From: a plasmid
Length of the DNA stretch: 64,000 nucleotides
Sequence record: NZ_CP040051.1
Reading direction: 5' to 3' (one strand)
Within the stretch, counting starts at the first letter, position 1; each line of letters starts with the position of its first letter. The notes beneath the pieces are model-generated. The model was not told the origin of the DNA, did not search any database, and was given only the letters and a program-made list of their open reading frames with translations. Positions 60,315 through 64,000 of the stretch are shown here, in pieces. Made by a program: the position numbers and the translations under genes.

Positions 60315-63300
60315 ATGAATACCAGTAATATTAAAAAATACGCACCGCAAGCACGTAACGATTTTATCGCAGCGATGCGCAAGCAGGCCGCCAAATATGG
60401 CATCACCGCAGACAGCATTTTACGGCTGAACAGAAAGGCGACTTGCTGCTGATTGGCGATCAGGTTTTTCCGCTATCAGTCATGAAACCACGTGACAAGC
60501 TGATCAAACGCATTCAAACCAGCAGTTTTGAGCAGACGATTGATTATATCGCTTACAGTTGGTTTAACCGTCTCTGTGCGATTCGCTACATGGAATGTAA
60601 AGGCTTACTGGATCATGGTCGTCGTGTGCTGAGTAGTGCCGATGGCAGTGCAGGCTTGCCACAGATTCTGGAAGAATGTCTGGATATTGACCTACCAGGT
60701 TTAGATGCCAGCCGTGTGGCTGAGCTTAAGCTGGATGGCAATAAAGACGAAGAGCTATATCGGGAGATATTACTGGCGCAGTGTCATGCTTTAAATCAAG
60801 TCATGCCACTCTTGTTTGAACAGGTTTCTGATGAGTCAGAACTGTTACTACCTGACAATTTAACCAAAACCGATTCCTTGATCCGTGATTTAGTGAGCAG
60901 CATTCCGGAAGAAGACTGGTCGGATGTACAGATTATTGGCTGGCTGTATCAGTTCTATATTTCTGAAAAGAAAGACCAGGTGATTGGTAAAGTCGTCAAG
61001 AGTGAAGACATTCCTGCCGCGACACAGTTATTCACCCCAAACTGGATTGTGAAGTATTTGGTGCAAAACAGTGTCGGTCGTTTATGGATGATGGCACAGC
61101 CTGATAGTACGCTGGCCAATAATTGGGAATATTATATTCAACCCGCTGAACAAACGGATGAGGTCAATGCACAGTTAAAACAGCTGATTGATGTGCGGAT
61201 CAGTGAAGATGGCGATACTTTAAACCCTGAAAGCATTACGGTACTCGATCCGGCCTGTGGTTCGGGGCATATTCTGGTGGAAGCCTACGATTGCTTAAAA
61301 GCGATTTATTTGGAACGTGGTTACCGCAGTCGTGATATTCCACGTTTGATTCTGGAAAACAACCTGTACGGGATTGATATTGATACCCGTGCCGCGCAGT
61401 TAGCCAGTTTTGCGCTATTGATGAAAGCGCGTGAGGATGACCGCCGTTTATTTAGCAATCCACCAAAACTGAATATTGTTGCGTTGCAAGACAGCCAACC
61501 TGAGCGTTTGGAAGCATTCAGTCAGGACTTGGCAAGTACTGGTATTGCGCAGGCAGATTTACAAGAATTACTGGATTTATTTGAACACTCTTCAACCTTT
61601 GGTTCTTTGATTCAAATCCCTGCAGCATTCGCTCATAAGCTGCCTGATTTAGAAAGCAAGCTGAATACAGCAGCAGCATCAGGCGATATCTTTAGTCAGC
61701 AGTCAGCACAAGAACTGTTACCGTTCGTTCAGCAAGCCATGTTATTGGCCAAACAATATGATGCTGTGATTGCGAATCCGCCGTATATGGGCGGTAAAGG
61801 CATGAACACAGCACTGAAAGATTTTGCTAAAAAGAAATTCCCTGACAGCAAGTCAGACCTATTTGCCATGTTTATTGAGCGTGGTTTTGGATGGTGTAAG
61901 GACAGTGGTTTCAATAGCATGGTGACCATGCAAAGCTGGATGTTCCTGTCCTCTTATGAAGCGATGCGTGAAAAGCTACTTTCCAATAATTCTCTTGTAA
62001 GCCTAATTCAATTACCTTATGACGGCAAAGGTCCAACAGCTATGGGAATTAGCTTTGGTATTTCTGTTTCTATTCTTCAGAAAAATAAAATTAATGGATT
62101 AATTGGGGATTTTGATTGCTTTAGGTATTTTGAACTCACAGAAGATGGCATCCCAAAACAATTCCCTAGTCTAAATGAACGTAATGTAAAAACGAAACCA
62201 GATGACTTTAAGAAAATTCCAGGAAGTCCTGTTGCTTATTGGGTGAGTGATAAGGTACGAGAAATTTTTGAAACTAGCTCTTCTTTAAATGATGTAGCAG
62301 ATGCTCGACAAGGTCTAGCTACTACAGATAACAATCGCTTCTTACGTTTATGGCAAGAAATTAATTTTCAAAGAATTGGTTTTAATATAAAAAATCGGGA
62401 ATATGCCCAATTGTCGGAGAAAAAATGGTTTCCACATAATAAAGGGGGGGAGTTTCGTAAATGGTTTGGTAATCAAGAATATGTAGTGAATTGGGAAAAT
62501 GATGGACAGGAAATAAAAGATAATATACTTTCCAGATACTCTTATTTAAAAACTCCTGATTTTGTTGCGAAAAATCAACAATTTTATTTTAAGAGTTCTG
62601 TGAGTTGGACTGCGATTACATCTGCTAAATTTTCTGCTCGACGAGATTTTGGTGGCTTTATTCCCTCAAATGCTGGAATGAGTGTTTATGCTGATAATGA
62701 CACATTAAAATTTTTAAATTCTTTGATGAATAGCATACTTTGCGATGCGTTCTTAAAAATTATTAGCCCTACATTAAATTTCGGTGCTGGTGACATTAGT
62801 AAGATTCCTTTGAAAGTAAATGAAACAAACAAATCAAAGATAAGCTATTTACATGATGAAGCTATTAAATTCTCCAAAATTGATTGGGACTCGTATGAAA
62901 CTTCATGGGACTTTACTCGAAACCCAATTATTCGTACTCAACAACCAAATCTAGAACAAGCATTTAATACTTGGCAACAGCAAAATACTAACGCCGTGGC
63001 TGAAATGAAACGTCTGGAAGAAGAAAACAACAAGCTGTTTATTGAGGCTTATGGTTTACAGGATGAACTCACTCCTGACGTACCAGATGAGCAAATCACT
63101 TTAACCCGTGCCAACCGTGAAAAAGACAGCCAGCGTTTAGTGTCTTATGCACTTGGTTGCATGATGGGACGCTATAGTCTGGATGAATCGGGTCTGATCT
63201 ATGCCCATGCAGGCAACCAAGACTTTGATGCCAGCCGTTATCAAACATTCCCAGCCGATGCAGACGGTATTATTCCACTCACCGAAATGCACTGGTTTGA

Positions 63301-63862
63301 AGATGATGCCACCCATCGTATCCAAGAGTTCTTAACTGCGGTTTGGGGTAAAGACACACTAGACGCTAATATGCTGTGGTTGGCAGAAAGCTTGGACAAA
63401 AAAGCCAGTGAAACAGCTGAAGATACCATTCGCCGTTACTTAGCCAGCAAGTTCTATAAAGACCACATGCAAACCTATAAAAAGCGTCCGATCTACTGGT
63501 TATTTAGCAGTGGTAAACAGGGGGCTTTCCAAGCATTGGTGTACTTGCACCGCTATAACGAAAGTACCTTGGCGCGTATGCGTACTGAATACGTCATGCC
63601 ACTGATTTCCAAAATGGCTGCCTATGCTAATTCTCTAGAAACAGCAAAAGAAAGCAGTGACTCTGCGGCTGAAATCAAACGCATCGAGAAAAAACTGCAA
63701 GATTTACATAAGCAACAAGCTGAACTGAGTAGCTTTGAAGAAAAACTGCGTCACTATGCTGATCAGCGTATATCACTGGATCTAGATGATGGGGTGAAAG
63801 TGAACTACGGCAAGTTTGGGGACTTGTTGGCTGAAGTGAAAGCTGTGACGGGGGAGAAATAA
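60315..63862 (+). CDS. pglX: BREX N6-adenine DNA methyltransferase PglX. As sequenced it carries an apparent −1 frameshift near codon 37.
   Basis: NPPYMG catalytic motif and the SWFNRLCAIRYME motif. The conserved N-terminus (MNTSNIKKYAPQAR…) is in a different frame from the main ORF (open from 60359; TTG at 60443). Confidence 0.8.
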
Positions 63863-64000
63863 TGCAATTAAGAAGCCTAAATGAAATTTTTGAAAATCGA
63901 CTGATTCGGATCCCTGACTATCAAAGGGGATATGCATGGCGTAAACAACAACTTAAAGATTTCTGGGAAGACTTAACCTTACTTGAAGCAGATCGCGTTC
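63862..64000 (+). CDS. Start of a DUF262 (ParB-like nuclease domain) protein, BrxU/GmrSD-like by position. It runs off the window.
   Basis: IPDYQRGYAW motif (DUF262 signature) 17 codons in. The ATG overlaps the pglX stop. Confidence 0.5.
   Translation, partial: MQLRSLNEIFENRLIRIPDYQRGYAWRKQQLKDFWEDLTLLEADRV

Noticed and set aside
1-64000. CRISPR arrays, tRNA and rRNA genes
   Set aside because: No regularly spaced direct repeats with unique spacers, and no cloverleaf-like or rRNA-like conserved stretches were recognised by eye.

Overview
This 64-kb window looks like part of a large, AT-rich Acinetobacter-type conjugative plasmid carrying several GC-richer accessory modules. No database searches were run; all calls rest on motifs and gene order read from the ORF translations. 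I found no rRNA, tRNA or CRISPR array.

Layout, left to right:
- **1–2.7 kb:** 3' part of a umuC-like Y-family polymerase gene, running off the window edge, then parB and parA on the minus strand.
- **2.8–13.1 kb:** one minus-strand operon of unknown proteins plus type IVB (Dot/Icm, I-type) secretion homologues: DotD-like lipoprotein, DotC-like protein, DotB ATPase, a ParM-like actin ATPase with an RHH-like partner, a large membrane protein and a DsbC-like CxxC protein.
- **13.1–14.05 kb:** AT-rich non-coding region.
- **14.05–18.85 kb:** a 634-aa tyrosine-recombinase-like gene carrying an in-frame 18-bp tandem repeat array, followed by seven small same-strand ORFs separated by copies of the same repeat motifs. 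This is the most unusual part of the window.
- **19.0–33.3 kb:** a plus-strand Dot/Icm-like operon whose order (DotI, DotH, DotG, DotF, DotE, DotP, DotN-like, DotO/IcmB-like ATPase, DotL-like coupling protein) matches Legionella icmL-K-E-G-C-D-J-B.
- **33.7–36.5 kb:** small membrane-protein cargo genes.
- **36.5–38.4 kb:** an IS6-family (IS26-like) element and a mosaic of Tn3-family tnpA, tnpR and IS21 istB fragments.
- **38.6–47.4 kb:** a CYP153-type alkane hydroxylase module (AraC regulator, [2Fe-2S] ferredoxin, P450, ferredoxin reductase) plus a COG3687-like hydrolase, a TetR regulator, a BtrH-like protein and two PaaI-type thioesterases.
- **47.7–51.4 kb:** an intact 3.7-kb Tn3-family element (tnpA, res, tnpR, 38-bp inverted repeats).
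- **51.4–54.3 kb:** an HNH gene, an AAA ATPase and a DUF4236 protein.
- **54.45 kb to the end:** a type 1 BREX locus (brxR, brxA, brxB, brxC, pglX with an apparent frameshift near its 5' end, then a DUF262 BrxU-like gene).
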